Shown: positions 1 to 10,431 of the stretch, piece after piece
Position numbering within the stretch: the stretch's first letter is position 1
Layout: the number at the start of each line of letters is the position of its first letter
Source: a bacterium
Lineage (GTDB): Bacteria > Krumholzibacteriota > Krumholzibacteriia > G020349025
Length of the DNA: 64,000 bases
Direction: 5' to 3'
NCBI GenBank assembly: GCA_031362565.1
Contig: JANLSU010000017.1
Location: forward strand, 10,534-74,533
Translations under genes and position numbers: made by a program
The notes under the pieces: generated by a model
Database searches by the model: none
What the model was told of the DNA's origin: nothing
The model's input: only the letters and a program-made list of their open reading frames with translations

Positions 1-1787
1 GTAACGAACCACAGGCGCCCAATCCCGCCGGCGACGGCGCGATTCACGGCAGCTACAGCCCGACGGGTTCCACACTCGAATTTCGCCTCGAGTCCCCGGC
101 GGGCGGCGTGTCGCCGCTCCAGCTCTTGGCGTCGGATCTGACGTACGACGCGGCCACCCAGGAGTTGCACGCCCAGGTCGCGCTCCGCAACAGCGGCAGT
201 GAGCCGCTTCCGGGTCCGGATGGCGTGCTCGTCGGCGGGTTCGACCCGGCGGCGGTGACGCCGCGAAACGCTCAAGGGCTGGCTTGCCCGGCATGCCCGG
301 ACTGCCCTTGTCCGTGGCCCTGGAGATTCGAGCATCGAGGCACGTACGGCGACGGCATCCTGTCGCCCGGCGAAACCTCGACGCCTGTCGAGTGGATCAT
401 CTTCGATCCAGCCGGTGAGAGTTTCGCGTTCCGCGCCTTGCTCGTGGAAGCCGCCGCCGCACCGGGCGGCATCTCGGGCCACGTGTTCGCCGACGCGAAT
501 GCCAACGGCCACCGCGACTTGGGAGAAACCGGCATCGCGAATGCGTCGCTGACGCTCGTCCACGGCGATGTCGCGACCGGAACTCAGACCGACGAAACCG
601 GCGGTTACTCCTTCCAGGTGTCTGAACCGGGGCTCTACGAGGTCGTGCGCGCCGAGACGAACGCTTGCCAACCAACCTCGCCTCCGCGCCAGCAGATCAT
701 TATCCTGCGCCGTGCGGACGGCAGTCTGACCGGGTTCGACCACGCGGACTTCGGCTGCAGTAGCGACTCACCGGGCGACAGCACGACTGTCACCGGCATC
801 GTTTTCAACGACGAGAATCGCAACGGGGTGCACGAAGACAGCGAGACGGGAGTCGCCGGCGTGCTCATCACCGCCAACATGCTGTTCTGTCCGTCCTTTG
901 CGGCCATCGAAACGCACACCGATGAACACGGGCTCTACCGGATCCAGTTGGCATGCCGGCCGCCGTACATGATTGCCCACGCGCCGGTTCCCGGCACTGT
1001 CGACACGAGTCCGAATCCGGTTTTCGTGCCGCTACGCCGCAACGGAACAGAGCCGACCCTGCCGCCGGAACCACCCGCGACCGTCTTGCACGTGAACTTT
1101 GGCGTCGCGCGCGCGGTTGTGGGCCAGGAGGTCTTCATCGACGGCTATGTGTTTCGTGATGTGAATCAGAATGGCGTGCGCGACGGTGGCGAACCCGGTG
1201 TCGCTGACGTGGGAATCAACGCCAGTGGCCTCCTCTGCTTGACCCCCATCGCGGTGATCACCCGCACCGATGCAGACGGGCACTACCGTGTGAAGGGCGC
1301 CGACGTGCATTGCCCGCTACCCTGGCAGGTCGGGCACGAGCCCCGGCTGAGACTGTGCGACACGTCGCAAAACCCGATTGAACTCTACGCACCTGCACCG
1401 CCGGACGGCGTCTTCCACCAGGATTTTGGGGTTACGGCCTGCAACGACTCGGTGCCGCCCGCGGGGTTCACGATCGAGGGCTTCGTATTCTTCGACCTGA
1501 ATCAGAACGGGGTGCACGACCGAGTCGAGGCGGGCGTGCCGAATGCGCTGCTCTACTTGGCTTCACCGTGCGACGTTCTGCTCCAAGCCCGCACCGATCC
1601 CAATGGCCATTACGTCTTTGGGCCCGAGATGACCGCCAACTGCCCATTCGATGGCGTGGTGCAGGGAGAACCCGTATTTCCGCACCACACGACACCCAAT
1701 CCATTCCCGATCGATCCCCACACGGTGCCACCGGGCGGCGTCGTGGAGGCCGACTTCGGAGTGCTGCCGTTGCCGCCACCGCGGTAG
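1..1787 (+). CDS. Secreted/surface protein with four SdrD B-like (Cna-B/prealbumin-fold) repeats; 5'-truncated by the window edge
   Basis: The frame of ORF 108..1787 is open back to position 3 (NEPQAPNPAGDG...). Four repeats of G-x-VF-x-D-x-N-x-NG-x-x-[DE]-x-x-E-x-G-[IV]...TD-x-x-G-x-Y...[DN]FG. Confidence 0.85.
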   Translation, partial: NEPQAPNPAGDGAIHGSYSPTGSTLEFRLESPAGGVSPLQLLASDLTYDAATQELHAQVALRNSGSEPLPGPDGVLVGGFDPAAVTPRNAQGLACPACPDCPCPWPWRFEHRGTYGDGILSPGETSTPVEWIIFDPAGESFAFRALLVEAAAAPGGISGHVFADANANGHRDLGETGIANASLTLVHGDVATGTQTDETGGYSFQVSEPGLYEVVRAETNACQPTSPPRQQIIILRRADGSLTGFDHADFGCSSDSPGDSTTVTGIVFNDENRNGVHEDSETGVAGVLITANMLFCPSFAAIETHTDEHGLYRIQLACRPPYMIAHAPVPGTVDTSPNPVFVPLRRNGTEPTLPPEPPATVLHVNFGVARAVVGQEVFIDGYVFRDVNQNGVRDGGEPGVADVGINASGLLCLTPIAVITRTDADGHYRVKGADVHCPLPWQVGHEPRLRLCDTSQNPIELYAPAPPDGVFHQDFGVTACNDSVPPAGFTIEGFVFFDLNQNGVHDRVEAGVPNALLYLASPCDVLLQARTDPNGHYVFGPEMTANCPFDGVVQGEPVFPHHTTPNPFPIDPHTVPPGGVVEADFGVLPLPPPR

Positions 1788-1802
1788 CTTGCGGCAGGGC
1801 GT

Positions 1803-2999
1803 CTATTCGAGTTGTGCCGCGACTTTGTCGACGATGAGCGAAGCGATACGGAGCGACGACGTCGCGGCCGGCGATGGTGCGTTGCAGACGTTCAGGACCC
1901 GTCGCGACTCGTGGATCAGAAAGTCGTGCACCAACTGGCCGTCGGGAGTGAGGGCTTGAGCGCGGACACCGGTGCGCGACGGTGCGAGATCCGCGGCGCC
2001 GACCGCGGGTACGAGGCGCTGCAAGCGGCGCACGAAGGCCGCCTTGTTGTGCGAGCGCCACACTTCGCCCAAACCCTTCCGCCAATGACGCGCCGCCAGG
2101 CGCTGGAATCCCGTGTAGGAGAGTGACTCACCGAGATCACGCCAATCGATGTCCCACTTCCGATAACCTTCACGAGCCAGCGCTAGAACGGCGTTCGGAC
2201 CGCACTCGACGCCGCCCTCGATGAGACGCGTGAAGTGCACGCCCAGGAACGGGAAGCTCGGGTCGGGCACGGGATAGATCAGGTTGTTGCAGAAGCGCCG
2301 CGCCGCGGGGGTGAGTTCGTAAAACTCACCGCGAAACGGCACGATGCGTGCCGCGAGCGGTTGGCCGCTCATTTTGGCGACGCGATCGGAATACAGCCCG
2401 GCGCAGTTCACGACCACGCCGGCGGTGTGTTCGCCGGACGATGACTGCACGACGACCCCGTCGGCGCGGGAAGCAAGGCCGGTGACCGTGCAACCAGTGA
2501 CCACTTCCCCGCCGCCGGCATTCACGAGTTGGGCGAGGCGCTCGCAGACGGCGTGGAAATTGACGATGCCGGCTTCCGGCACGTGAATCGCGCTCACCCC
2601 GGCGGCGTGCGGCTCGAGTTCGGCGAGACGTTCGGGGCCGATCCGCTCGCAACGCACGCCGTTCGCTTGGCCGCGCTCTAGGATACGCTCGAGCCGTGGA
2701 ACCTCACCGGCATCCACCGCCACGATCACCTTGCCGCACACCTCGTGGGCAATCTCTTGGTCGCGACAAAAACGCTCGAGCTCCAGCCTTCCTTCACGGC
2801 AAAAAGTGGCGCGCAGCGAGCCCGGTTCGTAGTAGATGCCCGAGTGCATCACGCCCGAGTTGCGGCCGGACTGGTGCTGTCCGACACCCGGTTCCTTCTC
2901 GAGCACGAGGACGCTCTTGGCCGGGAATCGTTGCCGGATTCGATACGCCGTCGCCAAGCCAACGATGCCGCCGCCAATGATGACAACATCGGCTCGCAC
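1803..2999 (-). CDS. lhgO: L-2-hydroxyglutarate oxidase (FAD-dependent)
   Basis: GGGIVGLA FAD motif, HQSGRNSGVMHSGIYY, PFRGEFY, YPVPDPSFPFLGVH, NAPSPAATSS. Confidence 0.92.
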   Translation of the reverse strand: MRADVVIIGGGIVGLATAYRIRQRFPAKSVLVLEKEPGVGQHQSGRNSGVMHSGIYYEPGSLRATFCREGRLELERFCRDQEIAHEVCGKVIVAVDAGEVPRLERILERGQANGVRCERIGPERLAELEPHAAGVSAIHVPEAGIVNFHAVCERLAQLVNAGGGEVVTGCTVTGLASRADGVVVQSSSGEHTAGVVVNCAGLYSDRVAKMSGQPLAARIVPFRGEFYELTPAARRFCNNLIYPVPDPSFPFLGVHFTRLIEGGVECGPNAVLALAREGYRKWDIDWRDLGESLSYTGFQRLAARHWRKGLGEVWRSHNKAAFVRRLQRLVPAVGAADLAPSRTGVRAQALTPDGQLVHDFLIHESRRVLNVCNAPSPAATSSLRIASLIVDKVAAQLE

Positions 3000-3001
3000 G
3001 G

Positions 3002-3397
3002 TCAGTTGTCTTCGAGCGACAGGACCGCGACCTTGAGCGAGAGGCTCAATCTTCCCGAGGTTCCACGGTGAATTTCGATCACGTGCTGGCTGCCTTCGTC
3101 GAGCAGCGCCTGCCGCAAATCCGCCACCCGGGCATCCGTGGCGGGCTTGCCGTCCAACGCCTCGATGACATCGCCCTTCAGAAGTCCTGCCACTTCCGCC
3201 GGCGAGCCTTTGCGCACGCCACTCACCGTGATGACGTGATAGTCACCCACCGCCTGTGCCCAGCGTTCAACGGCCGCCGAGAGAGCGGTGCGATCGGCGC
3301 CTGGCGCGGCGGCTGCCGGTGCAGGACTTTGAGCGCGAGCATTCAACGACCAGCACAACACAGCGGCAAGCACCACGGGCATCCACATTCGACGCAT
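3002..3397 (-). CDS. Small exported PDZ-domain protein
   Basis: ATG at 3397 after a GAAGGGA RBS; signal peptide MRRMWMPVVLAAVLCWSLNARA; PDZ-like VRKGSPAEVAGLLKGDVIEALDG. Confidence 0.75.
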   Translation of the reverse strand: MRRMWMPVVLAAVLCWSLNARAQSPAPAAAAPGADRTALSAAVERWAQAVGDYHVITVSGVRKGSPAEVAGLLKGDVIEALDGKPATDARVADLRQALLDEGSQHVIEIHRGTSGRLSLSLKVAVLSLEDN

Positions 3398-3588
3398 GGC
3401 ACATTCCCTTCGATGAGTCCGCCCACAGCCTGCTCCCGCACCCGGGTCGTGATCAAGGGTGCTGTCACGAAGTTGGGCGATGGAGAGCGCCGGATGAAGG
3501 GGCTTGCTGCGCCGGAAGGCCATCCTATGCGAGAATCGCGGCCGGATCGGTGCCGCGGGAACCAGCGTCGCATGCGAGGACCCAAAGC

Positions 3589-5472
3589 GTGAACGACGAG
3601 CGCCGTAGACCGCGCCTGGCGCCGCCGGTGGCCCAAGCGCCGGCATCTCCACGCCGGGCGCTGGTTTTGGCGATTCTTGCGGCCGCGATGGCGGCTCTCT
3701 TCGCATTGCTTCTTGCTTGGCGCCCGCTGACAAGTTTCGATCTTGGTTACCACGTGACCTATGGCGACGTGTTTTGGAACACCGGTCACGTGGTTGGTGA
3801 TGCGACTTTTCTCGCGCCGCCGCCGACGGCCGAGGAAGCCCACGCCGACCTGCCTCCCGAAGCGCGCTACAAAAACGGTCACTACACATTTCCGAATTCC
3901 AACTGGCTGAGCCAGGCGATCATGAGCGTTGCGTTTCGGGTCGCCGGACCAGGCGGACTTGGCCTCCTCACCCTGCTCGCGATCGCGGTGATTCTGGCGG
4001 CGCAGGCACAGGCGGTACGCACGGTGACCAATACATGGGTTTGGGCCGGCCCCGTGTGGCTCGCGACCGCGATCACCGGCTACGAACGCTTCTATTTGCG
4101 CCCGGAACTGCTCGGGAACGCCTGCCTCGTGGGCCAGTTCGCTTTGCTCTTGCGGCCGCTGTCACGGCGTACCGCCATTGCGTTCCTCGCATTGCAACTC
4201 GTTGCGGTTAGCGCTCACAGCTATTGGCTCTTGGGCGCGGGATTGGCAGGCGCCACGGCAATGGAGGCCGGCATCGAAGCGCTCCGCCGCCGGCGCCCGG
4301 GCAACGCTGCGCCGGCCGGACGAAACACCGAGTTGCGGATGTTGCTCGCCTTGTGCCTCGCGGCGCTGGCGCTCGGGATCGCCCACCCTGCCGGGTTCCG
4401 GAATCTCGTACTGCCGCTCAAGACACTTTCCTACATGCACCTGCATCACATCGGCGGCTCGACCCCCGACGGAGTTCGCGCCCTGTGGCAGAAAGGCGAA
4501 TTTCATCCGTGGCAGGATACCGGCGAACTTTTTCGCACCCTGTCGCCTGGCGCGATGGGAATGCGCTCGACGCGTGGTTTTATCGCGTTGCTCGCACTCG
4601 CGGCGCCGGCGGCTTTGATCTTGTTCCGGCGCGGCCGTTTCGGATTGGCCGTCATCGCGCTCGCACTGACGCTCGTGGCGCTGCCGGTACGGCGCAACGT
4701 CGCGACCGCGGCGTTCATCGTTTGGCCGCTCATTGCCATCGGGGCGCACTTGATCTGGCAACACGGGGCCGCGGCGCGTCGTAGCGCATTGCGCCTTGTG
4801 CCATCCATCGGTCTTGGGGCCGTGACACTGGCGGCGCTGTACTGGATCCCGGCCGTTGTCACGAGCCGCTTCTATCTCTCCGAAGGACGCGAGGCGCGCT
4901 TTGGTTCGGGCATCTCGCGCGCCGTGTTGCCGGTCGGTACGTGCGAGTGGCTGGACGCCAATCTCGACCTTGCCCAGCCGGTCTTTACCAACTTCAATGC
5001 GTCCTCGGCCGTGCTCTTCCTGTCGCGCCAAGTGACCGCGGTGCCGATCTTGACGAATGCTTGGGCGTATCCGCCGTCGCGCAAAACGCGCCTCTTGAAG
5101 ATGCAGAGCGGTGACGAGTGGATCGACCCATTCGCCCACGACGCTGGGTTGGACATTGCGGTGTTCTATGCGTTGCCGTCGATCCGGCCGCTCTTGTCGC
5201 GCCTAGCGACCGCGCCCGATTGGGTGCCGGTGCATCTCGAGGGCGCCTACGTCGTCTTCGCGCGCCGCACGCCGGCCAACGCAAACTTGATCGCGGCCCA
5301 TGCGCTGGTACCGGATCGCCTCGACCTCCCGGCTCTCATCACGAGGGCGCGGGCGCTCGATCCAAAGGGCGGCTGGGCACTTCGCAACATGGCCGGCGCA
5401 CTGACGGCGCTCGGCTGGGACGCGCAGGCGCAGGCCGCCCTCGCGGCCTTAGCCGTCCCCGATTTCCGATAG
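3589..5472 (+). CDS. Polytopic membrane protein, GT-C-like glycosyltransferase/flippase type
   Basis: GTG at 3589 after GAGGA; about 11 TM segments; DLGYHVTYG, NWLSQ and LRPE motifs seen in uncharacterised GT-C-like membrane proteins. Confidence 0.6.
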   Translation: MNDERRRPRLAPPVAQAPASPRRALVLAILAAAMAALFALLLAWRPLTSFDLGYHVTYGDVFWNTGHVVGDATFLAPPPTAEEAHADLPPEARYKNGHYTFPNSNWLSQAIMSVAFRVAGPGGLGLLTLLAIAVILAAQAQAVRTVTNTWVWAGPVWLATAITGYERFYLRPELLGNACLVGQFALLLRPLSRRTAIAFLALQLVAVSAHSYWLLGAGLAGATAMEAGIEALRRRRPGNAAPAGRNTELRMLLALCLAALALGIAHPAGFRNLVLPLKTLSYMHLHHIGGSTPDGVRALWQKGEFHPWQDTGELFRTLSPGAMGMRSTRGFIALLALAAPAALILFRRGRFGLAVIALALTLVALPVRRNVATAAFIVWPLIAIGAHLIWQHGAAARRSALRLVPSIGLGAVTLAALYWIPAVVTSRFYLSEGREARFGSGISRAVLPVGTCEWLDANLDLAQPVFTNFNASSAVLFLSRQVTAVPILTNAWAYPPSRKTRLLKMQSGDEWIDPFAHDAGLDIAVFYALPSIRPLLSRLATAPDWVPVHLEGAYVVFARRTPANANLIAAHALVPDRLDLPALITRARALDPKGGWALRNMAGALTALGWDAQAQAALAALAVPDFR

Positions 5473-6201
5473 GAAAGCCCGCGTCGCCGCGGTCTGGGGG
5501 CTCGCGAAGATTTGCGCCGGCGGACCCGATTCCACGATGCGCCCGGCTTCCATGACGTGCACCGTTGCCGCGACACGGCGCGCGAAGGGCATCGCGTGCG
5601 TCACCACGATCATGGTCTGACCTTGACGCGCCAGATCGGCGATCACTGCCAGCACTTCGGCGGCCATACGCGGGTCGAGGGCACTTGTCGGCTCATCGAA
5701 GAGAATGGCATCGGGCCGCACAGCGAGGGCACGGGCGATCGCGACGCGTTGTTGTTGCCCGCCCGAAAGTTGTTCCGGCCGCGCGGTGAGCTTGTCGCCG
5801 AGCCCGACGCGCTCCAGCAGTTCACGCGCCACCGCCTCGGACTCATCCCGGCCCTGGCCGAGCGCGCGCCGTGGGCCGAGCGCCACATTGTCGAGCACCG
5901 ACAGGTGCGGAAAGAGATGAAACTGTTGGAACACCATGCCGACACGGCGGCGGAGCGCCAGCAGCGTCGGGCCATCCGCCCGCCGCACCGCATCCGGCTC
6001 GAGGACCATGTCGCCGACTTGCACACGGCCCGATTCAAACGCCTCGAGAGCGTTGATGCAACGCAGGAGAGTGCTCTTGCCGCCACCCGAAGGGCCGATT
6101 ACGGCCGCCACTTCCCCGCGCGCCACCGCGAGCGACACGCCACGCAGCACGGTCTGGGTGCCATGGCTCTTGACGAGATCGTGGACGGCAATCATCGCCA
6201 C
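5449..6201 (-). CDS. Polar amino acid ABC transporter ATP-binding protein (GlnQ-like)
   Basis: Walker [34 protein letters not shown]. Confidence 0.93.
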   Translation of the reverse strand: MAMIAVHDLVKSHGTQTVLRGVSLAVARGEVAAVIGPSGGGKSTLLRCINALEAFESGRVQVGDMVLEPDAVRRADGPTLLALRRRVGMVFQQFHLFPHLSVLDNVALGPRRALGQGRDESEAVARELLERVGLGDKLTARPEQLSGGQQQRVAIARALAVRPDAILFDEPTSALDPRMAAEVLAVIADLARQGQTMIVVTHAMPFARRVAATVHVMEAGRIVESGPPAQIFASPQTAATRAFLSEIGDG

Positions 6202-6209
6202 CTCCCCGC

Positions 6210-7736
6210 TCAGGCGCGCACGAACGCCCGGCGGCGTTCGAGACGGCGCGCGACAATCGCCAACGGATAGCTCATCATGAGGTACAGAAAAGACGTCACG
6301 AGTGCGAGTTCTGCAAAGGCGCGCGGCGCGTTGTTGACCAAGATGTTGTACTGCTTACTCAACTCCACGACCGTGATGACCGAACAGATCGACGTGTCCT
6401 TGAAGAGATTGATGAAGTCGTTGGTGACCGGCGGCACGACTAAGCGCACCGCCTGCGGCACGACGATGTATCGCAGTGACTGCCGCCGCGTGAGCCCGAT
6501 CGCGAGCCCCGCCTCCATTTGCCCGCCGGGGATCGCGAGCAGGCCGGCGCGATAGATTTCCGCTTCATAGGCCGAATAGTTGATGGCGAGCCCGGCGATC
6601 GCGGCAATGAAAGCGACTGTGCCGCGTAGCGCATCGGGCAGCCCGAGGAGCGGCAACACGCCGTAGTAGAGAAATAAGAGCTGCAGAAGCAGTGGCGTAC
6701 CGCGCAGCAGTTCGACATAGGTCGCAAGTGCCGCACGGAGCGGCAACGGCCCATAGAGGCGTCCGAGTGCAATCAAGAGGCCGAGCAGAATCGCCATCGG
6801 CATGGCCGTCACGCTCAAGAGCACCGTCATCCCCGCGGCCCGAAGGAGCGTCGGTGCATTCCGCGCCACAACGGCCCACGCGCCTTCGCGTGGCCCGCTG
6901 GACGCCAAGGTCTCACGTAAGTGCTGAACCTCGTCGGTGGCGAGCATTTCCTGCGCCGGACCCCACAGGCCATACCGCGCCAAGATGCGTTGCAACGCTC
7001 CGGAGTGCAAAGCGGTGCGAAGCGCTTCGTCCAGCGCGTCGCGCAGGCGTTCGTTGCCGGGCCGCAGATACATCACGTAGAAGCCGCGTTCGCGCGGCGT
7101 GCCGACCTGCTGGACGCGGAACTGGGGTCCGTACACTTGGGCGGATGGCGTGTCGGTGAGCGTCGCATCGAGCCTGCCGCTTTCGACGTCCCGGAACGGC
7201 TGCACGCTCCCATCGTAGCGCACGACCTCCACGTGATTCGGGAACGTCCGGGTCAAGTACGCATCGGCTTCCGTCGCCGTTAGAACTCCGATGCGCCACC
7301 GGCCGCCACCGGGCCGGGCCTGATCTAGATCCTCCCAGGCATGCAACCGCCCGCCTTGCGCGGCCGCAAGAAGATGCAGTTGGTAAACGAAATAAGGAAT
7401 CGTCGCGATGGACGCCGTCAGGCGTTCGCGCGTCAGCTCGTAGCCGTTGACGACGAGATCCACGCCGCCGCTCGTCAACAGCTTGAGCAGGTCATCCCAC
7501 TGGCACTGTTGGAACTCGGCCCGCCGGCCGATTTGCGCCGCCAGCGTGTCGACGAGTTCGACCTCGAAGCCGACAAGCCGGCTCGAGCCGTCGGCGGCAC
7601 GGAAGATGTACGGCGCGCCACCCTCTTCGTCGCCGCCCCAGCGGAGTTGGGTGGCGTCGGCGCCGGCCGCGCGCGGCACGGCGAGCGCCAGACCCAGGAG
7701 CGCCGCCCACAGGACACCTCGTTGTCGCAAGCGCAC
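6210..7736 (-). CDS. Amino acid ABC transporter, fused substrate-binding protein and permease
   Basis: Signal peptide, family-3 SBP (GFEVEL...), then HisM-type permease with RGTPLLLQL, AYEAEIYRAG and KDTS. Confidence 0.9.
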   Translation of the reverse strand: MRLRQRGVLWAALLGLALAVPRAAGADATQLRWGGDEEGGAPYIFRAADGSSRLVGFEVELVDTLAAQIGRRAEFQQCQWDDLLKLLTSGGVDLVVNGYELTRERLTASIATIPYFVYQLHLLAAAQGGRLHAWEDLDQARPGGGRWRIGVLTATEADAYLTRTFPNHVEVVRYDGSVQPFRDVESGRLDATLTDTPSAQVYGPQFRVQQVGTPRERGFYVMYLRPGNERLRDALDEALRTALHSGALQRILARYGLWGPAQEMLATDEVQHLRETLASSGPREGAWAVVARNAPTLLRAAGMTVLLSVTAMPMAILLGLLIALGRLYGPLPLRAALATYVELLRGTPLLLQLLFLYYGVLPLLGLPDALRGTVAFIAAIAGLAINYSAYEAEIYRAGLLAIPGGQMEAGLAIGLTRRQSLRYIVVPQAVRLVVPPVTNDFINLFKDTSICSVITVVELSKQYNILVNNAPRAFAELALVTSFLYLMMSYPLAIVARRLERRRAFVRA

Positions 7737-7815
7737 TTCCCCGCCTCCTCCCGTAGTTTCGAACGCGCGGCGATTCTAGCCCATTGACCCCGGCGGGCCG
7801 TATCGTGCGGAGCCC

Positions 7816-7858
7816 TTGACTGGCCTAGCCCGTCGAATGTATATTCATTGTGTATCCG
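7816..7858 (+). promoter_or_regulatory. sigma70-like promoter and probable autoregulatory operator of mazEF
   Basis: TTGACT (7816-7821), 18-bp spacer, TATATT (7840-7845) inside the near-palindrome GAATGTATATTC; GGAGG RBS before 7875. Confidence 0.6.
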
Positions 7859-7874
7859 GCCCCGGAGGTAGTCC

Positions 7875-8117
7875 ATGATCACAAAGCTTCAGAAGTGGGG
7901 CAACAGCCTCGGTCTCCGCATCCCGAAATCGTTCGCAGCCGAGACGCAGGTTGAAGCGGGATCGACCGTCGACATCTCTGTCCAAGACGGCGGCCTCGTG
8001 GTGCGGCCCATACGGCGCAAGAAATACACCTTGAGCGAGTTGCTCCGGCGGGTCAGCTCAAAAAATCTACACGACGAGATCGCTACGGGTGAGCCGGTTG
8101 GGCGGGAGGTCTGGTAG
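7875..8117 (+). CDS. mazE: MazE antitoxin (AbrB-type)
   Basis: KWGNSLGLRIPK, YTLSELL, GEPVGREVW; 1-nt overlap with the toxin gene. Confidence 0.95.
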   Translation: MITKLQKWGNSLGLRIPKSFAAETQVEAGSTVDISVQDGGLVVRPIRRKKYTLSELLRRVSSKNLHDEIATGEPVGREVW

Positions 8118-8473
8118 TGGCCCGAGGTTACGTGCCGGAGCGGGGTGAGATCGTCTGGCTCTTGTTCAATCCACAGGCGGGGCACGAGCAGTCCGGCCGT
8201 CGGCCGGCTCTGGTGATTTCGCCGCGGGCGTACAATCGCAAGGTCGGACTCGCCTTGTTTTGCCCTGTCACCTCTCATGTGAAGGGCTATCCATTTGAAG
8301 TCCTTCTCCCCCCGGGACTCGAAGCCCGGGGAGCGATTCTCTCGGACCAACTGAAGAGTCTCGATTGGCGGGCGCGAAAGGCCACACTCCTCTGCGTCGT
8401 ACCGCCGGAAGTCCTCGAGGAGACGCTCGCTCGCATCCTCGCCCTGGTCGATCCAGAGCCACCCCACAGCTGA
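8117..8473 (+). CDS. mazF: MazF endoribonuclease toxin
   Basis: YVPERGEIVWLLFNPQAGHEQSGRRPALVISP, KGYPFEV, DQLKSLDWRAR. Confidence 0.95.
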   Translation: MARGYVPERGEIVWLLFNPQAGHEQSGRRPALVISPRAYNRKVGLALFCPVTSHVKGYPFEVLLPPGLEARGAILSDQLKSLDWRARKATLLCVVPPEVLEETLARILALVDPEPPHS

Positions 8474-8496
8474 GACACGGCGCGGCGCCGCAAGCC

Positions 8497-10242
8497 TTAG
8501 AACAATTGCCCCGTTTCGCCGAGCATCGCTTTGCGAATGAGCGGCAGCGGCAGCGGGCCAAGTGCGATGAATGCGTCGTGGAATTTCTGCAAGGTGTACT
8601 CGGCGCCGAGCTTCGCCTTGTAGTCCTCGCGCAGCTTCAGAATCATCAGTTTGCCCATCGTGTAGTAGCCGTACGTCGGATCGCCCGTGCCGCGTTTGGC
8701 TTCGGACAGTGCCACCGGGCCTGGCTGATAGCCATCGGTCTCGAACAGGTGCTTGGCTTGTTCGACCGTCATACCCTGGGTGTGCATCTTGATGCCAACG
8801 ATGAACCGCACGTCGCGCAGCAGTGCATCCTGGAGTTGCGCCAACCGGTACTTGGGATCCTCGGCATGGAAGCCCTCGTCGAGCACCATCTGCTCGTCGT
8901 AGTGCGCCCAGCCCTCGATGTTCGTCGCCGCTCCGTAGACCTTGCGCACATCCGATGGAAAAGTCTTGGCGTACAGAAACTGCAGATAGTGGCCCGGGTA
9001 CACCTCGTGCACCGAGACATTCGAAATGGCCGCGAAATACCACTGCTTCATGAACTCGGCTTTTTCGGCCGCATGCCACTTCGGGTCCGGCAGGGTCATG
9101 TTGTAGAAGGCTTCCGGCGCCGCGGCCTCGAACGGGCCCGGCGTATCCATGGACGCCGAGGTCGTGGCGCGCAAGAACGGCGGCGTCTCCTCGACGCGCG
9201 CCGGTGCCGACGCGGGAATCGTCACGATGTGCTTGTCGACCATGAATTGGCGCAGCGCATCCAGCATGCCTTGGGTCGTTTCGAGCAACTTGTCGGCCGG
9301 CGGATGATCTACCTGCAAAGCGGCGAGCACCTCGGTCGCGGATTTCTTGGGATCGATTTGCCGGGCCGTGGCCACGAACGCGTCCTGATTCTTCTTCAGA
9401 TCCGCTTCGGCAATGACCAGCAACTGGTCGAGCGGCACTTGCAACATCTCATCCGCCGCCAACTTCTTCAGGTAGGCGTCGGCGCCGATTGCAAAATCGC
9501 CATTGGAGCGCGGCAGAAGATCGGCGGAGAGCCACTTCTTGTAGTCACCGAGCGCCCCGATCACCGCCTGATTCGATTTCTTGAACGCCGCCAAGAGCGC
9601 CGTGTCCTGGACCGCCGTGAAGCCACCGGGCACCGCGGTCTTGAAAAAATCGATGTTGCCGCCGATTTGATCGATGGCGATTTGGGTGTAGATCGGCGGC
9701 GGGTTGTCGAGGTTCTTGCGGGCTTCGGCGAGCACGCCGGGCATCTTGGCCTCGCGGGCGATCAACGCTCGGAGGCGCTCCTCGGGCGGCGCAAAGCTGC
9801 GCTTGATCATGATGAAGGCGGTGCGCGTCAGGCTGCTGCTGTAGCGGTCCGGATCCCGCGCCCAGCTCCGAATCACTTCGTTCGCCAGCAACTGCGAATC
9901 GATGGCGAGCAGGAGTTGTTGGCGATCGAGCTGACGGTCGAAGGTCAACGTCGTCGAATCGACCGCCGCGACTTGGGCCCGGAAGCCGTGGAGGGCTTGC
10001 GCTTCGGCGGCGATGGCCGCTTGCGACGCGTCCTCCAGCTGGTCGTCGTACTTGTGAACCCCAAGATAGGTCGCCGAGGTCGGGTTCCGCCGGTAACCGT
10101 CCTCGAGGATGTCGGCCGCGAGCTTTACGAAAGCGGCGTCGCCCCGGCCGGCCGCGGGCACAGGCGGCTTCGATTTGCCGCAAGCAGGAAGGACAAGGAG
10201 CAAGGCCAACGCGGCGACGAGGCAAGGAACCGAGCGCAACAT
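8497..10242 (-). CDS. DUF885-family lipoprotein (putative metallopeptidase)
   Basis: Likely ATG at 10242; lipobox LPAC; HEVYPGHYLQ and EGWAHYDE; YYTMGKLMILKLR. Confidence 0.88.
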   Translation of the reverse strand: MLRSVPCLVAALALLLVLPACGKSKPPVPAAGRGDAAFVKLAADILEDGYRRNPTSATYLGVHKYDDQLEDASQAAIAAEAQALHGFRAQVAAVDSTTLTFDRQLDRQQLLLAIDSQLLANEVIRSWARDPDRYSSSLTRTAFIMIKRSFAPPEERLRALIAREAKMPGVLAEARKNLDNPPPIYTQIAIDQIGGNIDFFKTAVPGGFTAVQDTALLAAFKKSNQAVIGALGDYKKWLSADLLPRSNGDFAIGADAYLKKLAADEMLQVPLDQLLVIAEADLKKNQDAFVATARQIDPKKSATEVLAALQVDHPPADKLLETTQGMLDALRQFMVDKHIVTIPASAPARVEETPPFLRATTSASMDTPGPFEAAAPEAFYNMTLPDPKWHAAEKAEFMKQWYFAAISNVSVHEVYPGHYLQFLYAKTFPSDVRKVYGAATNIEGWAHYDEQMVLDEGFHAEDPKYRLAQLQDALLRDVRFIVGIKMHTQGMTVEQAKHLFETDGYQPGPVALSEAKRGTGDPTYGYYTMGKLMILKLREDYKAKLGAEYTLQKFHDAFIALGPLPLPLIRKAMLGETGQLF

Positions 10243-10431
10243 GACAAACGCCTTTCGTTCGCGCGCCCGCCTTGACGAGGGGGGTCGAGTCGCGTCGTCA
10301 AGCCGCAAGAATAGTCCAAGTCGCACCGGAAGCGCCAAACTTCTCGCGGACCAAGATTCCGTAGGGGCATGGAAGATGCTCGCCGCAACTCGAGTCGCCG
10401 AAGAGTTCACTCGAGACGGGGAGGATGGGTC

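Noticed and set aside
7875..8473. mazEF as a marker of a mobile element
   Set aside because: No integrase, transposase, terminal repeats or target duplication nearby; treated as a solitary TA module.
8365..10275. Long antisense ORFs (e.g. 8365..10275, 12557..14302, 31266..32810, 42996..44777, 60548..62578)
   Set aside because: Shadow ORFs opposite well-supported genes, expected in high-GC DNA; no recognisable motifs.
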